64,000 nucleotides of DNA from Camelus dromedarius. Its lineage: Eukaryota. The notes beneath the pieces were generated by a model. It ran no database searches, was not told the origin of the DNA, and was given only the letters and a program-made list of their open reading frames with translations. The number at the start of each line of letters is the position of its first letter. Position 1 is the stretch's first letter. The translations under genes were made by a program, and so were the position numbers. The stretch lies in NCBI RefSeq assembly GCF_036321535.1, contig NC_087437.1:89034001-89098000 (forward strand), given 5' to 3'. Below, in pieces: positions 38,501 to 50,020 of the stretch.

Positions 38501-39647
38501 ACTGTCATTTGGTAAAATGTCAAGCAGTTCATTTAAAGATAACATAGTCGGTCAATGAGGTGTTCATTTTAGAGAAGTTGTCAACAATTCTGCAAAGGTG
38601 AATTTATCAGTCTTTGGTCCTCCCTAAACCTCCTTTGTCCTCCTCAGCCACACAGACTGCTTCTACCCATAGGGAAGAATATAAGGATGGCTTCAGTGTC
38701 TTGAGCTTTCCAAGGAATGGCCACTGTAACAAATCAATGCCCCGGGTGAACCCCTCTCAGGCTGTATGTGCAGGAGGAGTGAATCATAGCTATTATAAGG
38801 TAATGATTCTGCCTCACTTTGTTTCAAGCCATGCCCCACATATGCTCCCTTTTAACCTTGGAGACTAGCAACCCATGAGGCACTGTGGCATCAGATTATC
38901 ACTGTGTTGGGAAGTGGCAGAAAGTAATAGTACCTAATGGTGCATTTACCATCTCTAAATGAGAGGAAAATAGGGCTGAATATTTAATCTACCCCCAACT
39001 CGTTCTGATTGAAACGTGCATTCAGATAAACTGTATAACTCTCCGGTATGGGGGATGTGTGTGTCTGTGAGCGAGCGTGCATGTGCACATGTGCACGTAC
39101 TTGTGCACGTGCTGTGTATTTGTATTTGTAGGCCTAGAAAACTAGACTTCTCAGAACAAATATCTCCCAGCAAATATCTCTGCTACCCTACTTGCTTACT
39201 TTATTTCACCACCTTACACACAATAGACCCATGAACATTTTCCCTGCCTATTACTTGAAGTGGAAAATTAAAATCATAGATTTTCTTCCCTATTGCTATC
39301 AAGACAGTAATACCTTGGTCTTAAAAATCGCCCCAGAGGATGTGCTGGAAATATTAGTTTGGTAAGTTAAAACAATCCTCAGCATGTAAAATTTTGAAGG
39401 CAAGGGGTCTGGAATAATGGAATTTGCCTCATCAAGCAAGGAGCAGGTGACTTTTCTAAGTCTTCTCTTTGTGCTTGAATTTAAAGAAATAAACAAACTG
39501 TCACCACTATAAATCATTCATGATGGTTTCATGAAACATGTTTATATTTTATATAAATAGATTAGATGTATTAAAAGTCATATACAAACATATAATTTGC
39601 TGATATGTTTTATAGTTAATAATATATATTATAAAATATGTTTATAT

Positions 39648-40260
39648 TTTTATTCATTCCACAAATGCGTAGCATCTGTGAGCTGTGAGATGTGGTGACA
39701 GACCGTACGGTTGCACAGAGGACCCATCGCATACTCTGATGCATTAAAGAGTGCTGCAGGGCGTCGTGAGGTGTGCTAGTAGAGAGTATTTAAACGTATT
39801 TAGGAGTGTCAGAAGGACTTATGATCAGAGAAGGCCTCACAGATGAGCTAGCATTAATGCTGAGGTTTTAAAGGGTGTCTAGTAAACGTCCATGTGGTTA
39901 AATAAAGAAAGAATGGACATTCAGAACCTGTAATGAGTTATCTGTCATCAGAGCCTGGGTTGAGAAAGACAGGAGGGCAATCTGGAAATAGAGGTTGTAA
40001 CAATCTGCATTTGACTTCAGACTGTGGTCACTAAAGAACCAGAAAAAATTTTAATAAGGTGATTTTACATAATAAGCTTTTTGTAGAAAGATGTTTTGAT
40101 ACACAGGAATAAGATTCTAAAGGCAGAAGGAGTAGTTAGGAAGCTATTTTGATAGGCCAGAAGGGAAAATCCATGGAAGTCAAGGAGAGTTTAGGGAAAG
40201 AGGTAAAAGTACTAAAGACTGTGTGAGAAGATTATTAAAGAACAGATTATAGCAAATGCC
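39648..40260 (-). mobile_element. L2 fragment
   Basis: ttattcattccacaaatgcg...atcagagaaggcctcacagatgag...gtagttaggaagctatt. Confidence 0.65.
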
Positions 40261-41096
40261 AGCTAGCTTTCATTGGCATGAAGAAATTTGAAAACACTCA
40301 ATGCAAATGCATGCACCCACATGCACACACATACCTCCCTTCCATACACACACTCAACATGCCAAAGAGAGAAAGAAGAAATTTGTAAATCTGAGCAACA
40401 AATTGATTCTTTTACTTTTCCCTCTGTATAATACACCTCTTTTTTTCTAATGATTCATTTAAGCATTCACCAATATTTATTATAAATTATCTATGTGCAC
40501 GGGTCCATTCTAGGTGTTGAGATTTGAAACTTAGAAATGGAATTCCTGGCCAGTACACAGTTTGCATCCTAGTGGGAATGTCAATGACATTGCTTCACTG
40601 TAAGCTTAAAAGATAAATCAATGGATTCAATTTAGAAGGCTTTGCTCTGTAATAATAAGTTAAGACTTACCTAGGACTTTTCCCCCAAAAGCTAGTGATT
40701 GCTGGGCAATTATAAAATAAAACATACCCCCAAATCCAGTGTTTAATGGAAAAGACAGGGGGAGGCAAAATTTTTAAAAGTTAGAATAAAAGCAGTAATA
40801 GTAATGTCATTATATTATTTTATAACTCAAAAATCATCTTTAAACATTTTACTTACTATAAAAAAGTTACAAAGAAAATTGTGGTAGATTAATTTTTTTC
40901 CACCATCCAGGTTGAGAGTCATATAGAAATAAATCACCAGGATTCAATAGTTCTACTGTAAATATTCTAATTAGGGATGACTCATTAAAAACATTCAAGC
41001 AAAATTCTAATCTCCCTGTACTGCATGAATTAAATGTGAATAATACTATGTACAGATATGTACATAGTTTTATTAGCTATACCTGTATATGGACAG

Positions 41097-41150
41097 ACAC
41101 ACACACATCTATATATATATGTAATATATATATTATATATATATATATAT
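41097..41150. repeat. (CA)n(TA)n low-complexity repeat
   Basis: seen directly. Confidence 0.9.
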
Positions 41151-41966
41151 TTCTGTTTCCTGCTCCTAGAAGATTTCTGTCAAATTTTTTTTTAACTACA
41201 TCAAATACAAAAGAAAAAAATCATTTTTAGAGACCTCAGGCCAGTGTTCCAGGTGAAATGACAAATGAAACAAAGCTTCCTTGATGGAAGAATAAGAATT
41301 TTCTCATCACTCATCATCATCCAAGCTTTGAGCCTTTTGTAAAAAGTGATTTATTTTCTGAGGAAAAAGAAGGTCCAGATTATTCAGTAGAGAAAACATA
41401 ATTGGGAGGCTGGAATTTAGGGAGACAGACACCCCAATATATAGTTTTTTGAATCATTACACATAGCATGTATATATGCCAAGAAATTACAAAAAAAAAT
41501 TTTTAAAGGGCATATAGAATTCCTTTATTTCTCAATTATTTTCACTGGTGAAATATAGCTTTTCAAACAATATTGTGGAGGCTTTATATACCCTTGTAGC
41601 TAAAAGAGATTTTTTTTTAACAACAGTCAGTGAGTCCTTCTGTAGGCACACCAAATGGCCTATGTATCTCATTCTGCTTTCTTCTGTTTACTGCCTGAAC
41701 TGAATCTTGAATAACTAATGGATTTTTTCATAAGGTTTTATTCATTCTCTTGTCTTCTCTTCAACATGTTCAAAGCTTTTCCCCATTCCCTTAAAAATGT
41801 TTGCTGCTTCTGTTTCCGTGTTTCCAGATGAGTCCACTGCTAATACCTAATCTAGCAGGATTTATGTATGTTGAAATGGGGTAAACCCTGCACTTACTAC
41901 CCAGGGACCAGATAGTCTAGGTTAATTAAATGTCACAATAACAGAGTTTATAAAATACTTAGGTTA

Positions 41967-42121
41967 TGGGGGAGGTTATAGCTCAGTGTTCGAGTGTGTG
42001 CTTAGCATGCATCAGGTCCTGGGTTCAATCCCCAGTGCCTCCATTAAAAAAAATAATAATAATTAAAAATAAATAAACAAATAAACCTAATTATCTCCCT
42101 CTCCAAAAAATAAATTAAATT
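41967..42121 (+). mobile_element. tRNA-Ala(AGC)-derived SINE, Vic-1-like (camelid)
   Basis: Head ggggaggttatagctcagtg..gcttagcatgca..ggtcctgggttcaatccccagtgcctcca with A/B boxes; A-rich tail with internal aacctaattatctccc; perfect 14-bp TSD aaatacttaggtta at 41953-41966 and 42122-42135. Confidence 0.95.
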
Positions 42122-42184
42122 AAATACTTAGGTTAAACATTTTTGGAATGGTAGTTATATATATTTTATACACATTCATAAAAT

Positions 42185-42214
42185 TAAAATAAAATAAAAT
42201 AAAATAAAATAAAA
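42185..42214. repeat. (AAAAT)n repeat
   Basis: seen directly. Confidence 0.95.
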
Positions 42215-44639
42215 CATCATGCAATTGGTATATAGGGAAATGTTTTTAGGACACAGCTACAATGAAGAATGGAGGGTCATACCTAAAAATGAAAAGGGTC
42301 CCATCTATTCGCATCCAGCTTTTTCAATAGTCTTTCCTGATTTTAATGTTGCTTAGATAAGTTCCTCCAAGTGAGAATCGAAGGGAAACATGAAGAATGA
42401 GCACATTTTGTGTGCCACGGAATAGATTTTCAGATTAGTTTTGGATGAATGCTTTTTAACATGAATACTATATTTAGGTGCTCAGTACAAAAGGTCATTC
42501 CATAAGCACTGCCTGATACAGTGATTTGTCACTTTTAGAGAATTCCGAATTCTCTTGCTAACTCAAATGATTTAATTCTGCCTGGCAATTCTACTCTTAG
42601 ACAAAAGAAAATTATACCCTTCTCATTATATCATTAAGAGGCTAAAATTCACCATAGTCATGTTTTGTTCTATTTTATGTAAGGCCTGCCTACTTTAAAT
42701 CTAACCATTCATTGTACTTTTAGTTAGCATTTATTTAGAATCTCGAGCATATTTTTATAATTTATACAATGCCAATAATAATGACAGCTAAGAAACTTAT
42801 ATTGGGGTCAACGTGTTTTAATTTTTTCAAACATTTTAGTTTTAAGACTAACAAAAGAAACAACAGTAGCAACATGAGCTTTGTAATAAATTTTATAAGG
42901 ATCAAAGTAAGTTAAAGTTAGCAAGAGTTTTTGCTTGAAAATAAAAGATAGCATTTGAGTTTCTTTCATAATAATAAGTTAGAGACCAATCTGCCACCAT
43001 GTCATTTAAATTTTTTTTCTGAGATAGCATCTCCTATGATTTTGAAGAGGCTAGAGCAAACTGAGAGGCAAAAATTTGAGGTGCTTTTAAGTCAAAGGGG
43101 ACAAAAAAGCAAGCTTCTTGACTCTGCAAGAAAAGAAAAATAGATTTTGTGACAATATTGAATTGGCTACTTGGACCTAGACTGCAATAAATCTACAGTT
43201 TTCACGTTTCCATGTTTCTTTCAGGTTTTACTGGATAATCTTCTCAACTGAGTAAATAAGTAGACATCAATATACACTTTTAGGAGGATAGATAGGATTT
43301 CTTATTCATTTATATGTTCTCCTTATTGTTTTATAAAATACTGTGCAGAGAGTAAACAGTCAATGAGTTTCTGTTTAAAAACTATGAATCAAAAACTTTC
43401 CTATTATTAAATGCTCATCAAACAATACCCAGATTTTTATTTTGTTCAGTAAATTCACAGTTGTGGTAGTGACTAGTGAACTCTTTATAAGAAAAGGACT
43501 TTTACACTAGCTGTGTGTGTATACAAAAATATATAAATACAAAAATTTAATTATCTGTGACATTTTAGAAAGCTCAAATGTCAAAAATGATATCCTCATC
43601 GCACTTTATTTCAGGAAATTACTTTAAGGACTTAGATAAAATGCTTTGAAGTAACATTTAGGACATTTAGTGTTCCACTTAGGTTAAAAAATTGAAGTTG
43701 ATAACAGTTAAGGTCCACCCAACTGGTTGATGACAATGACAGATATTCTAGTTTACAGCATTGATGATTACACCAGAATTTAAACCCATATAATTCTTTT
43801 AAATAATTAGAGAATTAATACTTTGCTTCATATTTCTAACAATCATGTTATCTACTTCTCCCAGGAGTTGGAATAACTCTGATTCTTTTTCCTCATCATA
43901 TACACTATGAATATTCATGATAAAATGAGAACTATTAAAACAAAGCATGAATTATTTACTGCTGCCCAGAGCTGCATTAACTTCATGGAATATTTCTAAT
44001 TCACCAAGGCTTTGAGCATCTACCTGAGGTCAGCTGAGCATTCATAATACATGATTCTAAAGATAATGTTCTCCAAAGTGTGCAATTTTCACTTGAAAAA
44101 GTCAATTGAAATCTAAATGTGATGAACAGGACAATTGCATCCGGATCAGAAAAATGTATTTCTTTTCTCTCTGCAGGTTAGGTAAAGGACAGTGGCTTCC
44201 AGACACAACTCTTATGGATGGGAAACCAGGAACTTGTCCTGGGACACTATCCTCACACTTTTGATATTTCACAGCAATTGTGCAAGGCAGGAATTATGTT
44301 CCATGCTGACGTTTTGCTAGTGCTAGATTTGCATCACAACACAGTGGGGGAAACACCGGTGGGGTGGGGCAGAGAGCATTGCGAAACACAGTTAAGAGAA
44401 TTTCTTCTCCCTTAGTTTTCAGGCAGGCCACAATGAAGTGATGGTTAGAAACCTTCTCTCATTTTTAGAGTTAGTCTGGTGCAAAGGAAAGAACACGGAT
44501 CTAAAGCAGACTCACCTATATAATTGTGTGCAAATTAATAAATGTCTCCAGATTCTCAGTTGCATCTGTAATATACATACATCCTATGAAATGAACTAAT
44601 GCATATTAATCACTTAATATAGTTTCTGGTGAGCTAGTG

Positions 44640-44915
44640 TGAATTTAAAGAATTAGACATTTGAATTTCAAATCATTAGTCTGCTTCTTTTGCAGTTTGG
44701 TAATTTAGGAGAAGTTAGTTAATCTCTCTCAGGTCCAGTTTCTTCAGCTGTAAAATGGGAATAATAATAGCATTACCTAATGTGCTCTTCTGTGATAAAG
44801 GATTAAGGGAGTAGAGATATATGTCTATGTCTATATCTATGTATCTATTTATCTATGTATCTATCTATCTACCTAGTGTTTAGCACAGTGACTAACATAC
44901 CTTAACCCTCAATTC
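44640..44915 (+). mobile_element. MIR SINE with internal (TCTA)n repeat
   Basis: cagtttcttcagctgtaaaatgggaataataatagca core; ttagcacagtgactaacata tail. Confidence 0.85.
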
Positions 44916-45404
44916 AAGTTAACTTTTATTCCATAATTATTGTTAGTTGGTTCCTTTCATTCCAGAGATATATGTGATGCTAATGGAATTAAATAACTAT
45001 TGGCAACTAACATTTCATTTTTAGGAGGAAGAAAGTAGTTCTTATATCTGATAAGTTAATAATGAATATTTGAACAGGAGGATACACAATGAATATTCAG
45101 GATGAATACTTAGAATTCTCATGAAACTTACTTTAAAGTACTAGTCATTCTGGGTTAGTGAATAATTACCTACACATGTGCCTTAGTCTTTAAGAAGCAA
45201 TAACAAAATACGGACACTCTTTCAGAACTTTTTATGGGACTTAGAAGAAGAGCTATGACAAATGGCATTCACTGCTAATTCTTTAGCTACTCTCAATTTT
45301 ACAACAACAATAAAAGGGGAAAAGTTACATATAGCACCTGTTGTGGCAATATCACCAGACCAACTATAGGTATGCATCAGAGGAGTAAGGCATAAAATTC
45401 AATT

Positions 45405-45800
45405 TGTTTATTCAGTCATTCCAAAATTATTTATTGTGTGGCTGCTGTGTATGTCAGATATGTTTCTAAATGCTGAGCATGTAGCACTGAACAAAACAGA
45501 CAACAATCTTTGCCCTCAGAGATTTTTCTTGAAGAAAACAATAAACAAGAGGAGTAATTAAATGTAGTGTAGATTGGAATGGTTTCAGTGATAAATTGAA
45601 CACAGACGGTTGACAGGATGTGACATGGCAGAAGGGGCTGAAATTTTAGACGGGGTGCTGGGGAGCCTCCTGAGAAGGTGACACTTGAAGAGGGACCTGT
45701 AGAAGGTGAGAGATGTGAATCTCAAAGGTGTACTCCAGAAAGACAGAGCTGCAAAGGAAGAAAGAGTTCCCGTCAGGGATAGGGCGCCTGATGTGTTAGG
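45405..45800 (-). mobile_element. L2 3' end
   Basis: ttattcagtcattccaaaattatttattg...gaacaaaacagacaacaatctttgccctca...cctcctgagaaggtgacacttga. Confidence 0.82.
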
Positions 45801-46559
45801 GATGACTGGTGACCCTTCCTGACAGACACACTTAGGTCCACAGCCTTTGAAAGAGGAGCCCCCAAGTTGCCAGTCTTTGCCATCTGCCCAGCTTAATTGA
45901 TAGCGGGCACTGGGACTGGAAGCTTCAGTCTGGATATTATAGAAGCCACAAGGAGATGATCTGCCAATACCTGGACCACACAGGGGCTCTTACCTCCAGC
46001 AGCCCCTAGAGATTTCTGGGTTGTTTTTGTGTGTGTGTGTGTGTGCTTTGTTTGTTATTGTCATTATTATTATTTTATTTCCCTATAAACATACAGAGTT
46101 CCACTACCAAATATAGACGGGGCATCTTGTTCATGAGATTCTCATATCGTTTAGAGGATCCTCCTTTCACACATAGAAGATACTGCCTTTTTATGGGAGG
46201 AAAGCAAAGCAAAGAAATAGAAATTGCTGGCAGGTGCCAAGGGGGTGAGATTTTTTGAAGGCTTTTCGAATGTTATTAATGTAGTGATATAAGGATTATT
46301 CAGTATAGTCTTATGTGGCCTTATCATAAAGAAGAAAAAGAAAGATGAGTATTTTATCTTATATAGAGTAAAATAGCTCATGAAACTGCAAAGCAGTAGA
46401 GAATTGTTATCAGTGCAAGGGGATTGCTTTATAGGTAAAATGCCTTATTAAGAAATCCTTCTGATATCCTTATAATTAGCATCCCATTTAATATGTTCAA
46501 AAAGTCCTGCTCTTTACCAAATACACTAAATGATCTGCATAATACAGAAGTTTCCAATC

Positions 46560-46720
46560 TATTTCTTTAAGTTTGCTTAAAAGCTTTGAAAGGGCAGAAA
46601 TAAAATAAAAACTGTTGTGGCTATCTCTGGGTGGTGAGATTAGGAATGGTTTTCTTTTCCTCGGTGCTTTTCTGCTGGTCAGATTTCTCCATAATGAATA
46701 TTTTTTAAAAGCATCAAAAC
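46560..46720 (+). mobile_element. L1ME-like 3' end fragment
   Basis: gtggctatctctgggtggtgagattagg..ttttcttttcctc. Confidence 0.6.
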
Positions 46721-48164
46721 AAATAATTCAAAAAGTTCTATATGAGAAATATGAATGCTTAAGCAAGGTTTAAATGTAAGTAAAAAATGAAAGCCCCTGC
46801 ATCTGTCCAGTCTAAATGGCATTGGTCTTGTGTTTTCCATGCAGTTTTTGAGAGAGATGATGTTTAACATAAAATAATGATGGTAATGATAGTAATCACT
46901 ACAGCAATCACCTGACTCCAGCCAGGCTCCTAGGAAACCAATGAAAGCCACACCTGCCTTGTGCAATTTAACCCATCAGTTCAGAAACCAGCGTTACCCC
47001 TGCAACAAGCAGATGTCACTGCAGACTGTGTGAAAACGTCAGGGAAAATGAAGCAAAATGAAGACGCAGCAGAAATGAAATCTTACCCTTAAAATGTGTT
47101 CTTTCCCACCCTGAAGATTGTCAGTTTGCAGGCCCTTTTGTTCCTTTACAGCATGTACTCGGACTGGGACGCCTGGTCTGAAAATATTTCCATTTATCTC
47201 GACCTGGAGTGGCAGCTCCTCCTCTCAGGCTCGTTCGGCTCCGAGGGGTCTCAGAAAAGCTTGGGAACTGCTGGATCTGATAAAAGGAGCTTGAAACCTG
47301 CTCAGGTGCCGAGGGTGGGAGTGGGGTGCAAGTAGGGGAATGTTATTAAGTTGCAGAACTGAGTATGACATATCATTTTCTGGATAGATGGGTAGTGTAA
47401 TGTAGGTGCTGATCTCAGCTCGGCAGGAATAAAATACTTTTAGTCCAATCTGTTTTTCACCACCACTACAAACAAGCCTTCTAGGGACTTTTTCATTAAA
47501 AGTAAAAGCCAACCATCTCTGAGCTTAAGCTTGGAGTTTGAGAGTGCAATCCTCTAAAATCAGACACTTTATAATAGGGGAGTGGAATCTTCTCTCTGAG
47601 ACTGGCTTTCTATCCACTCATGGTGGAGTGTATTTAAGTTTCTGCGGTGTAATACTGCTACCTGGAAACAGAATCCTGTTTCTTCAAGTAAGAAAAGCTT
47701 CAGAAAATATCCTTGTGAGACACACTCTTAAGATTATAATTTCAGAACTGAAATCAATCAATAGTATATGCATGGATCATTTATGTTTATTTTATCAAGA
47801 ACTAATTCAATCTCTTGAAATATAATTTAGGCATGATTGTAATCATAATGCCTGCCAGGTACCATATCTGTCGATGTATCTTTGATGATAACGTCTGATC
47901 AAATTTTGGTGGTGCTAAAAATGTCATAAACCATTAACTCCGGAGTGAAAGCGAAATAAAATCCTGAGGACTGGTGAAATACAAAACGACAGTAAACTGA
48001 GGCAATTAGAGAGGTCATGTAAGGTGGAGATACAGAAATCTGAAAGAAAATGATTCATTTCCTTCCCATGAAGCTACTTTTTCATAATTTCTTAAGAAAT
48101 TGATTAAGTAGAGATGCAGTTTTTGTCAAAGCAGTTCTCACAGAGCAGTCGTGCCAGGGAGGAA

Positions 48165-48310
48165 ACACAGTGGACAGCCCTGGACTCGAAGGCCAGGTCC
48201 GTTGCCCCGTCATCCAGCAGCTCATCATCCTCATCTGGTAGACATACCACAGGGCTGCTTGGGAGATCAGCTCTGATGGTCGGCACCAATGTGATTTGTA
48301 AACTGCTGAT
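48165..48310 (+). mobile_element. degenerate MIR (MIRc/MIR3-like)
   Basis: cagtggacagccctggactcgaaggccag (head), cctcatctg (core), cataccacagggctgcttgggagatca and tttgtaaactg (tail) occur in MIR order. Confidence 0.55.
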
Positions 48311-49794
48311 GCTTAAAAAATGTAAGGGATGAATTAAAAGATGCCAAGTCTTCACCCCACTGAAAAACAGAATAAATCTATCTTAACAGTCGTGTACTGG
48401 ATCAGGAAATGTTCGACTTGGCCTATGAACGAATCTCGGGGTGCCGGCTTGAACGTCAAAGCTACAAAGAAGCTGTGTGCCTTCTGTGTCATCTCCCAAC
48501 GCTGGAGCAGCCTTCTCTTACTAGCGTCTGAATTCCCTGCCTGTAGAGTTAGAAAAAGAAAGAAGAAAAAGAAAAGGCAAAGATTTTCTGTAGCGATTGA
48601 GAAAGTCTAGTTTTATAATTAAGGGCTCTGACCGGCTTGGGTTCACTAAAACAAAGGATCTGAGTTGGAAGGAAGAAATGATTTCTCTCTTATAATTAGG
48701 AAGCCTATTCCCCAGAAAGGAGGGCAGACTGGAAATGAATATTTCTGATTCCTCAGTTTTCCCATCCTCCTTACCTCCTTTACCTTATAAATTAGCAGAT
48801 TTGCATACATAAAATATACCTCGAAAACTCAATAAAAGCATGGCTTAAAAATATGCAGCTAATTACATGAGAATGTTCATTTCTTTTCCCTATAAGGCAA
48901 ATGAATATTTATCAAGTTAAATTCCAAGATACTTATTATCTCGCTTGCATTTTGAATATAATTACATTGGAAAGCAATTGTTCTGATGGGTGTAGGCAGA
49001 GATTAAAAGATTTGTATGCACTTTTTAAAAATGCAAAATAATCATAGTTTTTTTTTAATCATTAACAAAGTAGCTCAACCCTTCCCTTCAGCTGAAAAAT
49101 AAGGTAGTGTTAAAGCATAGCAGTTCTAAAGATATTACACAATAAATGAAAATGGCCAAATAAAAACTAGGTTGCAATTATTTTTTGGAAACTAAATGTA
49201 TAGGCACTAGGAAAAATGCTTGAGATATTAAAAGGTGCAATTTAATCTGCTATTTTAAAGCTCAGATTTAACTGCCCTTAAATTATTCCACTAGTATGTA
49301 ACCTGGATGAATAATAGCAAATTGAACAAAATTTATGAAATAGCAAATAAGTCATGATTTTCTTAAATTAATGATATCAATTGTGCTAGGGCAAATTATG
49401 CTAGGGCAAATAAAATCAAGACTTTGTATATCTGCATTCATACATACAGCTTCTATAACTGTAGAAGGATTTCTCTCACACTGTACTGATAATAAAAAAT
49501 ATTAAAAAAAAAAGTTATCCACAGATGTCTTATTTTCCTATTTTTAAATGTTCAGAAAACATGGATTATGTATTATATTTCTTTTATTGATCCCAAACTA
49601 TCAAAAGTATCTTAACACTAATTGGTATCCAATACATTAACTGTTAGCAATAGAAAAAATAGGATAAAGCATTTGAAAAATTATAACACAAGTTGTCTAG
49701 GAGAATGGATTTAATTATAGTACAGAGCAAATAACTGATCTATTATATATGCCTTGTTAACATACAACATTTACATTTTTTTATTATGCTTTTG

Positions 49795-50020
49795 TTCTTC
49801 CATATACCTTCCTGCTATAACAAATACTTTTAGTGTCTTTCCAGAACAAACATGGGACCTAAACAATAAAGAAAACTACTCAACTCCAAACCTACTGACC
49901 GTGCTTTCAAGTTTGACCAAAACATGCTAATAATTCCAAGGAACAAAGCTAAAACATCGGGTGGCGAGATCGGACAAGAACTCATACAGCAACTGCCTCT
50001 GAAATACTGGAACATTTAAA
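49795..50020 (+). mobile_element. ancient L2-clade LINE ORF2 C-terminal relic
   Basis: Frameshifted translation LPYTFLL*QILLVSFQNKHG/GPKQ*RKLLNSKPTDRAFKFDQNMLIIPRNKAKTS..GQ/RTHTATAS/KYWN parallels the L2-clade motif LP..RI.FKILLL.FKALHGLAP.YL.DLL....P.R.LRS.DQ.LL.VPR....T.GDRAFSVAAP.LWN. Confidence 0.5.

Noticed and set aside
41968..42043. tRNA-Ala(AGC) gene
   Set aside because: It has an A-rich tail, a 14-bp TSD and D-loop/stem mutations, so it is a SINE head rather than a tRNA gene.
48160..48185. REST/NRSE site
   Set aside because: Only the GGACAG half matches, and it falls in the MIR head.
48104..48355. Acidic/Ser-rich ORFs on both strands (LPDEDDELLDD / SSSSSSS)
   Set aside because: They overlap a degenerate MIR, have no recognisable homology and lack a convincing exon structure.
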